Assembly (NCBI RefSeq): GCF_009914755.1
Contig: NC_060933.1
Length of the DNA: 64,000 nucleotides
DNA from: the human T2T-CHM13v2.0 reference genome, Homo sapiens
Direction: 5' to 3' (one strand)
Made by a program: the position numbers and the translations under genes. Shown piece after piece: positions 17,666-38,207 of the stretch (its first letter is position 1; each line of letters begins with the position of its first letter). The notes under the pieces were generated by a model that ran no database searches, was not told the origin of the DNA, and was given only the letters and a program-made list of their open reading frames with translations.

Positions 17666-20202
17666 TCAATAAGGAGAAACACCAGTGGTAACACAAGCTG
17701 TCCTTTTGTAAATAAAGAATATAGTGAAAGAGTAAGGATTTCACCAGAGTTCAAGAAGAAAAGACAGCTTGATGACAGGTTCTCACACACTTAGCAAGAT
17801 TATTCTCTGTGCAGCCTGGGGTCTACAGAGAGGGTCAACCTTGGTTATTTTGGCCAAAAAAGCTAGTGTATGGCTTCTCTGAGTCTGTCTTGAAAAGTGT
17901 CATAGGGCTGGATGAAAGGGAGAGTTTGTCTTTACTTTTAATCTAGTCCCATTGGAGCCGTTACTCTATGTAGTGAGTGCTAAAGTCTTTTTCAGAAACA
18001 AACTGTTGATCTTCAGCTGCATTGTCTGGCTGATGAGCCCAGCTGGCCCATCTGACAAACTTTATTCCTTGGAATACTCATAAACCACAAAATTTGCTCT
18101 GGCAAAGCAGAGAGCGTAAGGTGTCAGAGAATAAGGTCATTGCCTAACTTTGTTGAGTGTAGGTCCAAAGAATGAATTTAGCAAAAAACGTTTCTTCCCC
18201 TCTGTTGCTATTTAAAAAAATTTTTTTTTGAGATGATCATGCTCTGTTCCAGGCTTGAGTGCTGTGGTGCGATCTTGGCTCACTGCGACCTCCACCTCCA
18301 GGTTCAAGCGATCCTCCCAAAGTGCTGGGATTACAGGCGTGAGTCACCATGCCCGGCCTTCTTCCCCTGTGTTCTTACGTACTACTTATATTTTGATGCT
18401 TATCACAGGACATTCCCATGCTTATCTTACTCCTGTGTTGAGAAAGACAGTAGACTGTTATGTGGTGATAAATATCGTCTTAAATCCTCATAATAAGGCA
18501 ACAGGTCTAATTACCCAGTTTATAGGAAACTCATAATCATTACCAGTTTTGAGAAAAAGTTGGAGGAATTGACAATGTTAAATCAGGAGAAGACCGGGAG
18601 AGGGATCTAGAACCTTCTTAATGGGTCTTAGGGGTAGCACATCACTACTACACCTTCAGATACTACTGTCTACCATTACTTAATTGCTATGTGTTGAAGC
18701 TCTGCTGGGTACTGTATACTCATTCTAGACAATGGGTGCTATTTATTATATCCATTTGATAAAGATGGAAATTGGGGCCTAGAGAGTTTATGTAACTTGC
18801 TGTGGTCAAGAGCATAGCACAGCTGAAGTCAGAACTTGGTCCATTTGACTCTACCAAGAGAGTTATCTTGAAGCTATAAGTGCCACTGTAACTAACTTAG
18901 ATTTATCTATTTGGCATAGAATAGATATTTATTATTTAGTCATTCCATAACTTAAAACTCCTGTCTTGGGATCATTTTATCTCTAGGATAAAACTCATAC
19001 TTTTTGATAGGAAAAAAGTTTATTTAAAGTAGTTTGTAAAATTACTGTTTATTGTAAAAGTAATATGATCATGGTAAAAAATTTAGAGTATGTAAGTTGT
19101 AGAGTGAAAAATAACCTTCTGTATCTTTCTAGATATTTTCTAGGCATATAAAAAGCACATGTATCTGTGTGCATATAAAATACGCATGTATAAGGCTGGG
19201 GGCAGTGGCTCATGCCTGTAATCTCAGCACTTTGGGAGGCTGAGGCAGGCAGATCATTTGAGGTCAGGAGTTTGAGACCAACCTGGCCAACATGGTGAAA
19301 CCTCATCTCTACTAAAAATACAAAAATTTAGCTGGTTGTGGTGGTGCGTGCCTGTAAGTCCCCGCTACTCAGGAGGCTGAGGCAGAAGAATAGCTTGAAC
19401 CTGGGAGGTGAAGGTTGCAGTAAGCTGAGATCGCGCCACTGCACACTCTAGCCTGGGCAACAGAGCAAGATTCTGTCTCAAAAAAAAAAAAAAAAAAACC
19501 AGCATGTATGGCGTAATCACGAATACTTGAAGTTTTTTTCCAAGATGGTACTGTGTAAACTCTTATGTACCTTGTGTTTTTCACTTAATATGTCTTGGAG
19601 ATATTTCCATATCAGCTCATATAGTGCTCTCTTCCTGTTTATAATGTTTATACAGTACTCCCTTTAATGGATTGATCATAATTTATTTATCTAATCAATC
19701 CTTATTGATGGACATTTCATATAGTTTCTCTCTGTTTTATTGTTTTCATTTTGGTTTTTGAACAGTGATTCAGTGAATATCCTCATTCATGCATCTGGAT
19801 GTACTTTCGCAAGCACTAATCTTAGATGGGGATTGCTGTGTCAAGGAGGATATTCAGTTTAAATGCTGATAATTATTGTGAAATGGCACACTAAAGAGAG
19901 TGCACTGATTTGACTTCCACTGACAATGTTTGGGCATACAAAACATTTTGCTTTGGCCTCTGCAAATTTCTGTTGCCTCAAATTGTATCATCCTTTGCTT
20001 CAGCCAAGCCTAATATCTCTTCCATGAACATGTAATTTCCTTTCACAGCCTTTTACTTGTGCACATTTTATACTGTTTCTTCTATATACAAATTTTATTA
20101 ATTGAGTTCCTTTTTATGTTTTAAGATTTAAGACCCCCTGGCTGGGCGCGGTGGCTCACGCCTGTAATCCCAGCACTTTGGGAGGCTGAAGTGGGAGGAT
20201 CA

Positions 20203-20566
<364 letters not shown>

Positions 20567-20915
20567 TCAACTGATCGCTGAAAAGAATCTTGAAGCAAAA
20601 TACATGCATAAAATCAGCTCATGATCTGTCACTTCCTGCTCTGTCCCCAGTCATCAAGATAAATAGAGCTCTCGTTATATGCCAAGTCCTAAGTCCCGCT
20701 CTCTTCAGGCTGAATCTATCGGTCGATCCATCAATCTGAGCATTTGCTGGGCAACAACTGTGTGCTTATTCCAGAGACCAGCTCTGTAAATAGTCATATG
20801 GGTGGTGAGGGCTATGATAGAGGTGTGTACAAGCCGCTGAGGGTGTTTTTAGTACTGTGCATGGGATTGATGTACTGTGAGGATAGGGTGGTGGTTTTGC
20901 AAGAAGGCTTCTGAA

Positions 20916-21034
20916 TAGAGTGACCAAACTTGTCCTGGGTTTTTGCCTGAGACTTTTCTGATTTTAAAACTGAACGTCCCATGCCTTGGGAAGCCCCCTC
21001 AGTCCCAAGCAAACCACGACAGTTGGTCATCCCA
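20916..21034. mobile_element. MER81 (hAT-Blackjack) MITE
   Basis: tagagtgaccaaac...aaaactgaacgtccc...ccctcagtcccaagcaaaccacgacagttggtcatccca, with inverted termini. Confidence 0.7.
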
Positions 21035-22018
21035 GGGGCAGAAGTAAAACAATGGAATGGGTAGTTAGGAATCAGCACACAATTAAGATGGACAGACAAT
21101 CCACTCAGCCAGGGTAAAAGTCCTCAGCTGTTTATGAACCTGCTGTCCAGAATATGTACAGCCTGTTGTTTTGTCTTTATTTACCCTCTGTCTGGAAAGT
21201 GCACATTCAGATGCATCAGGATGAGACTGCAGTATGTTCATGAGATTATTTTGTAGCAAATGTTATGTGGAAATTCATAGAATGAAGAACTTTCTAAGGA
21301 AATAATACATTTTAAAAATTGTGGGCTAGGCGCAGTGGCTCACACCTCTAATCCTAGTACTTTAGGAGGCTGAGGCTGGCAGATCACTTGAGCCCAGGCT
21401 GAGGCTGGCAGATCACTTGAGACCAGCCTGAGCCACATGGCAAAACCCTACCCTGTCTCTACAAAAAATGTGAAAATTAGCTGGACATGATGGCACATGC
21501 CTGTGGTCCCAGTTACTCAGGAGGCTGAGATCAAGGCTGCAGTGAGCTGTGAGCATGCTATAATCTAACAATAGGCTTTAAAATGTACTCCTTGAGAGGC
21601 GGAGCATGCAGTGAGCCAAGATCGCGCCACTGCACTCCAACCTGGCTGACAGAGCGAGACTCCGCCTCAAAAAAAAAAAAAAAAATTGTAGCCCTTGAGT
21701 GCACTATTCTACAATTTCAGCGACCAATACAATTTTGAGGGATACATCTCAGTAGAGATGGATCCATGAGTCCATTTTTAAACCATGACTGATTTGCTTT
21801 TTTGTATTTCTTTTGGTGTTCCTTCATCTTTTTCTCTTGGGGAAAGTCTCCCACTAATTTGTTCTTTTCCTTTCCATATGTTGACGTCTTTAAAAGGTAC
21901 AGTGGGGGCCAGCCAGCCTTGGTAGATGGGCTAGGCAGAAGAATAATGTAATTTCAGTATTATTTGAAGCATATGGCAAAATAGTGCTTCTAAATGGTGC
22001 TTCTAATATGCACATTTA

Positions 22019-22361
<343 letters not shown>

Positions 22362-23202
22362 TTAAAAATTAAAAAAAAGTTTTACATATCATAATTTTGC
22401 TGTAGGTGTGATAAATGACTTCATGCCTTTGCAAATAATATATAAATACATTTAAAAGTGATTAGTGTGTCCATTGCTGGTGGAAATATAACCCAAGAAA
22501 GCCATTGCGGGACAGCTTGGGAGTAGATAGTTGCACTTAGCAGAAGCAAGGTAGATTGAGAGGACTTGAGGCACTAAAGATCTTCTGGGGTAGAAATCGC
22601 AATGCATTATATTTCTCAACATTATAAGTGGGACTGTAAATTGGTGCTCCTTCCACTGGAAAATGGCTAAACTGCTCCCATCTGCCTCACTTACAGCAAG
22701 TGAGCTAAATCTTTATTATCTAGGATGAAAAGGTTTGCAGTGCATATTGTTGAAGGAGAAAAGGAAGCTGCACGATGGGAATGTTAACAATATGTGACAT
22801 ATACGTACCTATTCATGTAAATGTGAAGAAAATGAGGACAGTGGTTATCTCTGGGGAAGAGGCTAGAAAGGAAACTTTATTCCTTTTTTTTTTTTTTACA
22901 AGAACACATTCATGTATATGAAGGGAGAAAGATCAGGTTTTAAGTTACCTATGGTATAACAATTCCATTTTTCTTCTCCTCTTTCTTCACTCCCTTGATC
23001 CGCCTTCATCTGCTCCTTCTCCCCATTCATCTCCTTTTCTTCCTTTTATTGCTAGTTTAACAAGAGGAAAGCCATGTTTACATCAAAGCCAAGAAACTGG
23101 TCATATGTGCACAGTGTGTGATGCACAGTGGGTGATGTGATTCACAATTTTTAGATGCTAGTGGAGGAGTTAAGCCAAGGAGGTCAGAATGTGGTTGAAT
23201 GA

Positions 23203-23656
<454 letters not shown>

Positions 23657-23752
23657 TAAGGGATGGTTTTTAAGATCCTTCTTAAAATAATCCTTTTTTA
23701 AAAGACCCTCTTAAGGGTCTTTGATTCTTAAATGATTCCACTGAAAGTTAAG

Positions 23753-25681
23753 TCAAATTATCTCTGTTTGCAGATGACATGATTGTATGTTTAGAAAATC
23801 CCATCCTCTCAGCCCAAAAACTCCTTAAGCTGATAAGCAACTCCAGCAAAGTCTCAGGATACAAAATCATTGTGTAAAAATCACAAGCATTCCTATACAC
23901 CAATAATAGACAGAGAGGCAAATCACAAGTGAACTCCCATTCACAATTGCTACAAAGAGAATAAAATACCTAGGAATACAACTTACAAAGGATATGAAGG
24001 ACCTCTTCAAGGAGAACTACAAACCACTGCTCAAGGAAATAATAGAGGACACAAACAAATGGAAGAATATTCCATGCTCATGGAAAGGAAGAATCAAAAT
24101 CATGAAAATGGCCATACTGCCCAAGGTAATTTATAGATTCAGTGCTATCCCCATCAAGCTACCATTAACTTTTTTTCACAGAATTAGAAACAACTACTTT
24201 AAATTTCATATGGAAACAAAAAGCCCACATTGCCAAGGCATTCCTAAGCCAAAAGAACAAAGCTGGAGGCATCACGCTACCTGACTTCATACTACAAGGC
24301 TATGGTAACCAAAACAGCATGGTACTTGTACCAAAATAGATATATAGACCAATGGAACAGAACAGAGGCCTCAGAAATAATGTCACACATCTACAACCAT
24401 CTGATCTTTGACAAACCTGACAAAAACAAGCAATGGGGAAAGGATTCCCTATTAATAAATGGTGTTAGGAAAACTAGCTAGCCATAATCAGAAAACTGAA
24501 ACTTCCTTACACCTTATACAAAAATTAACTCAAGATGAATTAAAGACTTAAACATAAGACCTAAAACCATGAAAACCCTAGAAGGAAACCTAGGCTATAC
24601 CATTCAGGACATATGCATGGGCAAAGACTTCATGACTAAAACACCAAGAGCAATGGGAACAAAAGCCAAAATTGACAAATGAGCTCTAATTAAACTAAAG
24701 AGCTTCTGCACAGCAAAAGAAACTATCATCAGGTTGAACAGTTAACCTACAGAATAGGAGAAAATTTTTGCTATCTATCCATCTGACAAAGGGCTAAATC
24801 TACAAGGAACTTAAACAAATTTACAAGAAAAAAAACAACCCCATCAAAAAGTGGGCAAAGGATATGAACAGACACTTCTCAAAAGAAGACATTTATGTGG
24901 CCTACAAACATATGAAAAAAGCTCATCATCACTGGTCATTAGAGAAATGCAAATCAAAACCACAATGAGATACCATCTCATGCCAGTTAGAATGGCGATC
25001 ATTAAAAAGTCAGGAAACAACAGATGCTAGAGAGGATGTGGAGAAATAGGAACACTTTTACACTGTTGGTGGGAGTGTAAATTAGTTCAACCATTGTGGA
25101 AGACAGTGTGGCGATTCCTCAACAATCTGGAACTAGAAATACCATTTGACCCAGCAATGCCATTACTAGGTATATACCCAAAGGATTATAAATCATTCTA
25201 CTATAAAGACACATGCACAAGTATGTTTATTGCAGCACTGTTCACAATAGCAAAGACTTGGAACCAACCCAAATGCCCATCAGTGATAGACTGGATAAAG
25301 AAAATGTGGCACATACACACCATGGAATACTATGCAGCCACAAAAAAGGATGAGTTCATGTCCTTTGCAGGGACATGGATGAAGCTGGAAACCATTATTC
25401 TCAGCAAACTAACACAGGAACAGAAAACCAAACACTGTATGTTCTCACTCATAAGTGGGAGTGGAACGAGAACACATGGACACAGGGAGGGAAACATCAC
25501 ACACCGGGGCCTTTTGAGGGGTAGAGGGCTAGGGGAGGGATAGCATTAGGAGAAATACCTAATGTAGATGATGGGTTGATGGGTGCAGTAAACCACCATG
25601 GCACGTGTATAGCTATGTAACAAACCTGCACGTTCTGCACATATATCCCAGAACTTAAAGTGTAATTAAAAAAAGAAGAAA
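23753..25681 (+). mobile_element. 5'-truncated L1PA (L1PA7-like), about 1.9 kb, sense in intron 1
   Basis: Degenerate ORF2 C-terminus (LFADDMI; ORF-track fragments 23994-24284 and 25094-25543), L1 3' UTR and A-tail. TSD gaaagttaag at 23743-23752 and 25682-25691. Confidence 0.93.
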
Positions 25682-25790
25682 GAAAGTTAAGGGCTTTGAT
25701 CATAACAATGAATAAAAGCCTACTGCTGGCCGGGTGCGGTGGCCTGTGCCTGTAATCCCAGCACTTTGGGAGGCCGAGGAGGGTGGATCA

Positions 25791-26058
<268 letters not shown>

Positions 26059-27309
26059 TTAGATCCTTGTCCTGATTCCTCCATGCCTGCTTCTTGGTAA
26101 ATGAAAATTGACCACATTTCTTTTCTTTTTCTTTTTTTCTTTTCATTGATCTAAGAAAAATTGGCCACATTTCTCAGACTGGTGACTGTATACCACCTGG
26201 GACGTCTCAGACAACTTGTCCATATTCTTACCCAAGGTCACTAGTCGCACATAGCACTCCTATGTGGGAAGGAGAGAAAGATCCGCAACAAAGTGAACCA
26301 ACTAAAGGCTGAGCATGGGAGCTCACACCTGTAATCCTGGCACTGTTAAAGATTGAGGCAGGCGGATCACTTGAGGTCAGGAGTTGAAGACCAGCCTGGC
26401 CAACGTGATGAAACTCTGTCTCTACTAAAAATACAAAAATTAGCCAGGAGTGGCAGGCGCCTGTAATCCCAGCTACTCTGGAGGCTGAGGCAGGAGAATT
26501 GCTTGAAGCCAGGAGGCGGACATTACAGTAAGGTGAGATCGTGCCGTTGCACTCCAGCCTGGACTAGTGACAGAGTGAGACTCCATCTCAAAACAAAGCA
26601 AAACAAAAACAAAGTGAACCAACTAGAAAAAGGTACCCCTTTCTCCATAATGATACAGCCCCACTTAGGTATTTCAGACCTGGATTTTAACCAAAGGTAA
26701 CAGCTCTGCTCCCATTCTGCCCCTGACCAAGGATCTTTTTCTCCTCCTTTGACTTGCATTTCTCTCCCACCCATCTTTCTCCCGTTTCTAAAAAGTGTCA
26801 TGCTTACCCGCTCTCCTCCCCAGATGGTGGCAGAGGCAGGCATTGGTCCTTGAAGCTGCCAGTCCTCACTTGCCCTATGCCTCAAGTTCTGGGGTTTGCT
26901 GAAGCATTCTATTTAGTTGTGTACCAGTGTGGTTTCTTAGGTCTGGTAAAGCTCTTTGGCCCTGCTCACTTCAGTTCTGTTCAGGTGCCCACCATCATGG
27001 TTCTTTGAGACGTCCTCTAAGTGACCATTGTGTATTGTCCAACATGAGTAACCGCTCTTTTCTTCTGAAAGCCCTGTGCCCTTGGCTTTGCACAGTTCAT
27101 CAACCCTATTCACCTATTTTTGAATGTGATTTTTGTTTGTGTTTAGTCCAGGACCCCTCCCACCCCATCCCGATGGGTGTTACTCATGTAGACTTAGCTG
27201 TCATCTTCACATTCGACATACTTCTTCTCTGTGCTCAGTCCTGTACAAGGAGCCCCTCACTCCACAATTAGAGATGAGACTTAAAAGCTGAATGTTCCTA
27301 CCGCTTCAT

Positions 27310-28600
27310 ATCTTCTAAAATAGCTTAATTTAAAAACAAAAGAATATAACAAGTGTTGGCAAGGATGTGAGAAATTGGAACACTGTACATTGCTGATGGG
27401 AATATAAAAATGCTGCTGTGGGAAAATGTTTGGTGGTTCCTTAAAAAGTTAAAAATGGAATTAGTACACCAGCTAGTGCCTTAGTCCGTTCATGCTGCTA
27501 TAACAAAAGATCTTAGACTGGGTAATTTATAATAACAGAAATTCATTTCTTACAGTTCTAGAGGCTGGAAGGTCCAAGATCAAGGTGGCAGCAGGTTGGG
27601 GGTCTGGCAAGGGCTCCCTGCTTCAAAGACGGAGTATATGCTACACCCTCACATGGTGGGAAGGGTGAATACCTCCCTCAGACCTCTGTTAGAAGAGCGC
27701 TAATCCAATTTAACACCTCCAAAGGCCTCACCTCTTAGTACAGTTGTGTGATGGGGATACGTTCTGAGAAATGTATTGTCAGGAGATTTTGTCATTCTAT
27801 AACATTATAGACCATACTTACACAAATCTAGATGGTATAGCTTTGTACACACCCAGGCCATATGGTATGGCCTATTGCTCATAGGCTATAAACCTGTACA
27901 ACCTGTTACTGTACTGGACACTGTAGGCAACTGTAACACAACAGTAAATATTTGTGTATTTAAGCATATCTAAACCTGGAAAAGTATCAGGAAAAATGTG
28001 GCATAAAAGCTCCATTATAATATGGGTCCACTGTCATATGTGTGGCTCATTGTTGACTGAAATGTCATTTTGTTGCAAATAATGATACTATCACATTGAT
28101 GATTAAGTTTTAACATATGAATTTTGTGTGTGGGGGTGACACATTCAGACCATAGTACCCAGCAACAATTAATGTATGAATAGACAAAATAAATGTAGTA
28201 TATCCTTTCAATGGAATGTTATCCAACCATAAAAAAGAATAAGTTACTGGTATATGCTGTAATATGGATGAACCTTAAAAACATTATGCTAAATGAAAAA
28301 ATAAGCTAGATACAAAAGGACATATATTGTATGATTCCATTTATGTTATGTGAAATATTTAGAATAGATAAAATCATAAAGACAAAAGGCAGATTGGTGA
28401 ATGCCAGGGGCTGAGGGAGGGAGAAATGAGGAGTGACTGCTTAATGAGAATAGTGTTTCTTTTTGGGGTGATGAAAACATTTTGGAACTAGATAGAGGTG
28501 ATGGTTGCCCATTATGAAATGTACTAAATGCCACTGAATTGTACACTTTAAAATGGTTAGTTTTATGGTATGTGAATTTTACCTCAATTTTTTAAAGTTC
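27310..28600 (+). mobile_element. L1M 3' fragment containing an MST/MLT1A-type LTR (27477-28157, -), which itself contains Tigger3a/MER7 (27741-28085)
   Basis: L1M text on both sides. LTR termini tgccttagtccgttcatgctgctataac...ttcagaccatagta. The Tigger insert starts after TA (ta|cagttgtgtgatggggatacgttctgagaaatg). Confidence 0.72.
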
Positions 28601-28685
28601 AGAAAAAAAAAGCTTTGAGTCTGTGAAACAAACAAACCCCAAAATCAACCAAACAAAAAGTAAGTTAAAAAAATTAGGGATGAGT

Positions 28686-29230
<545 letters not shown>

Positions 29231-29529
29231 TTTTAAAAAGTTGAATGCCCATGGAGACATAACAGAGAGGCTTAAATCCATACCAAAATCTGCAAGATAA
29301 AATAATATCATTTTAAAGCTGGGAAGAAACTTTCAAATATAATCTTTACTTAAAAATAGGTTTTGGTTAGGATGGGAAAGCTGACAAAGGGCAACGAAGG
29401 GGGAAACTAGAAAGAGTCCTCGCTTTGTGTAGGCACAGGGGAAAAGGCTGGCTTGGCTGGGGAGGATTATTGGGAGCTGGACAATGTCCAGTCTTTTTTA
29501 CGCCTTCATTAAACTTTTTTTTTTTTTTA

Positions 29530-29853
<324 letters not shown>

Positions 29854-30567
29854 TCAAAAAAAAAAAAAAAAAAAGTAAATGGAGCCAGGCATGGTGGCAT
29901 GTACCTAGTCCCAGCTACTTGGGAGGCTGTGGTGGGAGGATCACTTCAGTCCAGCCTGGAAAACATAGCTAGACCATGTCTCTTAAAAAAGGATTGTGAA
30001 AAAAATAAGTGCAAGTAAATTAGAATGATTCATAATTAACCTTGCAATAAGAATTACTGGTTAATTCTTATTTAATTCTTAGTTAATAAGAATAAGAGAG
30101 GAGCTTGGGCAGCATCCATAGACTGCAGTGTTTTTATAGCTACTCCTATGATCAAAGAAGCAGCAGGGAGCCTCTTAAATGGTCATTTAAAAAGCTTTAA
30201 GTTCTCCTGATTGTATATCTGTAGTCAAAAGAAGTGTCAGAGGCTGGGTGTGGTGGCTTATGCCTGCAATCCCAGCACGTTGGGAGGCTGAAGCAGGCAG
30301 ATCACCTGAGGTTGGGAGTTCCGAGACCAGCCCGGCCAACATGGTGAAACCTCATCTTACTAAAAATACAAAGATGAGCCAGGTATGGTGGTGGGTGCCT
30401 GTAATCCCAGCTACTCAGGAGGCTGAGGCAGGGGAATTGCTTGAACTCGGGAGGTAGAGGTTGCAGTGAGCCAAGATCGTACCACTGCATTTCAGCCTTC
30501 CAGCCTGGGTGACAGAGTGAGACTCCATCTCAAAGAGAAAAGAAAAAGAAAAAGTGCAAGAGCTTAA

Positions 30568-30828
<261 letters not shown>

Positions 30829-31512
30829 TAATGGAGTGGTGGGATGGGGGTAGAAGGAATTCCACACACTTCCTCTCCCCTTTGAACATAATGTTTTGTA
30901 AACTGAAGTCACTCTGAGGTCTTAGCAAACTTTTTTTTCCCACTTGCTTGAATGCAGGCTTGATAACAAAGTTGGCATTACTGTCACTTGCGTGCATTTG
31001 AGACTTCATTTGTGTAGTAGCTATTAGGGCTATGCCAGTGCAATTTTCTGAACGTCTGAAGAAAGTCAGGTGAAACAACTGAACTCTGGGGAGGCTGGTT
31101 TCTAATGGACTAAAATTAAGGAAAAAAATGTAGATGTTTGATCCCTCATTGTTTTGTGAAATACTTGTGTCATTTCCATTTCCTCCCACAGGCAGCCTGG
31201 GAATTCTTAACAGTGAAGGAATGTTGACTTTTATTTACTGCCTCTTCCCAGAAAGGCTCAGTGGATGAAGACAGAATGCGTTTAACTGTGGAATTGTTAA
31301 AGTTCTGATGTGCTGATATTTGGGCCCTAGTTGAAATCTTCTTTCTAGACTGGAGGCATGCATGCTTGGGTGGTGTGAGTTTCTTTCTTCAGTTTCTTTT
31401 TTCAGAGAGAGAGTGATCTGGTGACTGTGTTAACCATTGGTGAAAGGACTATCCTTAAGCAGTGTATTGAATTTGTGTCTCTTCTGTGGTGACCTTTTTT
31501 TATTGGTTGTAA

Positions 31513-31665
<153 letters not shown>

Positions 31666-31863
31666 TAAGCTTGCACTAAACATTATTGCATTTACCACTA
31701 GGTGCAGTACCCAATATAACAATGTATATATGAAGAAAAATAGCACATGATTGAACTCAGCCTAGTGATGAGCTTATCATATACTTGTTCAATATCTACT
31801 GATTGTTTTTATGATCTGACAATATAAGTAAACTGACAGATTAAAGAGAGAATTTTAATAATG

Positions 31864-31929
31864 CAGAGTGCATCACCTCTCTGTACCCAAAGTACATCAC
31901 CTCTCTGTACCCAGTGGTTTAAGAATTAG
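31864..31929 (+). repeat. 66-bp inverted duplicate, arm 1 (includes a 24-bp tandem unit)
   Basis: Reverse complement of 38142-38207 with 3 mismatches. Confidence 0.93.
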
Positions 31930-33079
31930 CAAGAGTGGAAAGACCTTCAGTGGGGGTGACATTACTGAATGCTTATTCAATACTCTTTGATTTTCTGCTA
32001 CAACATTTCCTTGAGACTAATCCAACTCCACCAGTTTTATACATATGAAGTAGAATCCAGACTGATGAACTGGTTCTTGGAGCTACAGATACTGTAGTTT
32101 TCAAGTTGCCTTTTTTTTTGCTTCAGATGAGAGCTGTGCACCTGCGTGCGTGCGCGTGCACACACACACATACACACTCATATACTGTATATATGTTCAA
32201 ACTGGAAACCCAGAATTTCAGGAAGGGATGCATTTTAATAGCCATTGTGTTAGGGTTATACAGGTATTCATCCAGCAAATATTTTTGAACACTTATATTT
32301 TACTGTGCATTTTGCTAGGCACTGGAATATCACAGTAAACAAAACAGCAGTCTTCCTCTAATGAGCTTACACTGAAGTTGGGGAGATTACAAATCAACAA
32401 ACAAGTAAATAATATAATATTAGGATATGTTAGGTACTGTGATGAAAAGTGAAGCTGATAAGGGTATAGTGGTGACTTAGGGTGCTGATTTAGAGTTTGG
32501 TCAGAGAAAGTCTTTCTGAGGAGCTGTGTGAGGTTTGTTACTATCTAGAGGCACAGAGGAGATTCAGCCCAATGAAGATGAGAAACGCTCCTGGAACACA
32601 TTACCCACATTTTCTGTAGGACACTGTTTTGTCAAAATATACATATATGGCTAAATAGTCTGAAACTATGGATTCAGTGAAGCAAACGGTATGTGCCCAT
32701 GGAAGAGTTATACCAGGAAAAGAAAATAATTCATTACAGTTTTACTGGCACTCTGAAAAGGAACAGGAGCTGTGAAGCTGCTGAGGACTAAGGCTGCTGC
32801 TATCTGTGGACTCAAATGGAGAAGCGTCTATGAAAAATGCTGGCTGCAAGGGGCACATTATATAATTCTATGTGTGATATCCTAATTTTAGAATGAATGA
32901 ACTAAACTCTTTCTGAGTATGTTTTTGTATTAGCACAAAAATGCCTGGGAGGTGAGGACACCTAACTACAGCCATTGGCTGTTCTTGGGCATTGCCAGCA
33001 GAGAGGAACAGCCGCTTTTACCTTTCATCTGAACTGGTTGACTTTTTTTTTTTTAAAAAAAAACAAAATTAACACATTA

Positions 33080-33245
33080 ATCTCTTTCTTTCTTTCTCTT
33101 TCTTTCTTTCTTTTTCTGTCTTTCTTTCTCTTTCTTTCTTTTTCTTTCTTTCTTTCTGTCTTTGTCTTTCTCCCTCTCTTTCTCTCTCTCTCTCTCTCTC
33201 CTCCTTTCCCTTCCCCTCCTTTCCCCTCCCTTCCCCTTCCCCTCC
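33080..33245. repeat. Polypyrimidine low-complexity tract
   Basis: About 165 nt almost exclusively C/T; similar tracts at about 34400-34480 and 34760-34870. Confidence 0.9.
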
Positions 33246-33587
33246 TGTCTTGAAAGATACCCACCAGTCACCACGATGCTTTCTCTAAACCTGGTGTACG
33301 TTAGATTGAGAGCTGAGGAATCGCTTTTCTCAGATATCTTATTTTTCAAGTCTGAGTAAGAAATTGAAGAAATGGGAATAAACGTTTTGTGTATTTGTTT
33401 GTGACATTCTTGAGGCCTGGGTTGAAATTCCAAGGGACAGTTTTTAATGTATTCCTTATAGAAAACCTTTTTTTTCTTTTCTTTTCTTGATTCTTGGAGG
33501 TAGGGGGAAAGTTGTTTGAGCAGGAAAGAAGAAAATGGGGTGATGACATTGGTAGTTAAAGCTTACCAACTTTAATAATGAAAACAG

Positions 33588-37852
<4,265 letters not shown>

Positions 37853-38141
37853 TCAACAACAATAATATTATTTAAAGTGGTATTTATATTTAAAATGATG
37901 GTAAGGATAACAGTAATAATGAATTTTATTAGTACATAATATGTACTGGGCACTGTGTTAATGCTTACAAAAACACTGTGAGGCAGAGTGTCTTAATTTT
38001 TATGTGGGAAAGGCTCAAAGAGTTGAGTTACTTGCCAAAGGTCTCACAGCTACTAAGCAATGGAGGCAGGATTTGAATGCATATCGGTCTCACTGGAACA
38101 CCTATGCCTTGAATCACTCTGTTACCCTCTCTGACCTGTGC

Positions 38142-38207
38142 CTAATTCTTAAACCGCTGGGTACAGAGAGGTGATGCACTTTGGGTACAGAGAGGTGACG
38201 CACTCTG
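38142..38207 (-). repeat. 66-bp inverted duplicate, arm 2
   Basis: Reverse complement of 31864-31929. Confidence 0.93.

Noticed and set aside
23994-25543. L1 ORF2-like ORFs (96 and 149 aa)
   Set aside because: Frameshifted fragments of a 5'-truncated L1 with no promoter and no complete RT or endonuclease.
32530-32940. Repeat-free stretch in intron 3, considered as a cryptic terminal exon or pseudogene
   Set aside because: No recognisable product and no convincing splice or poly(A) signal set that I can support.
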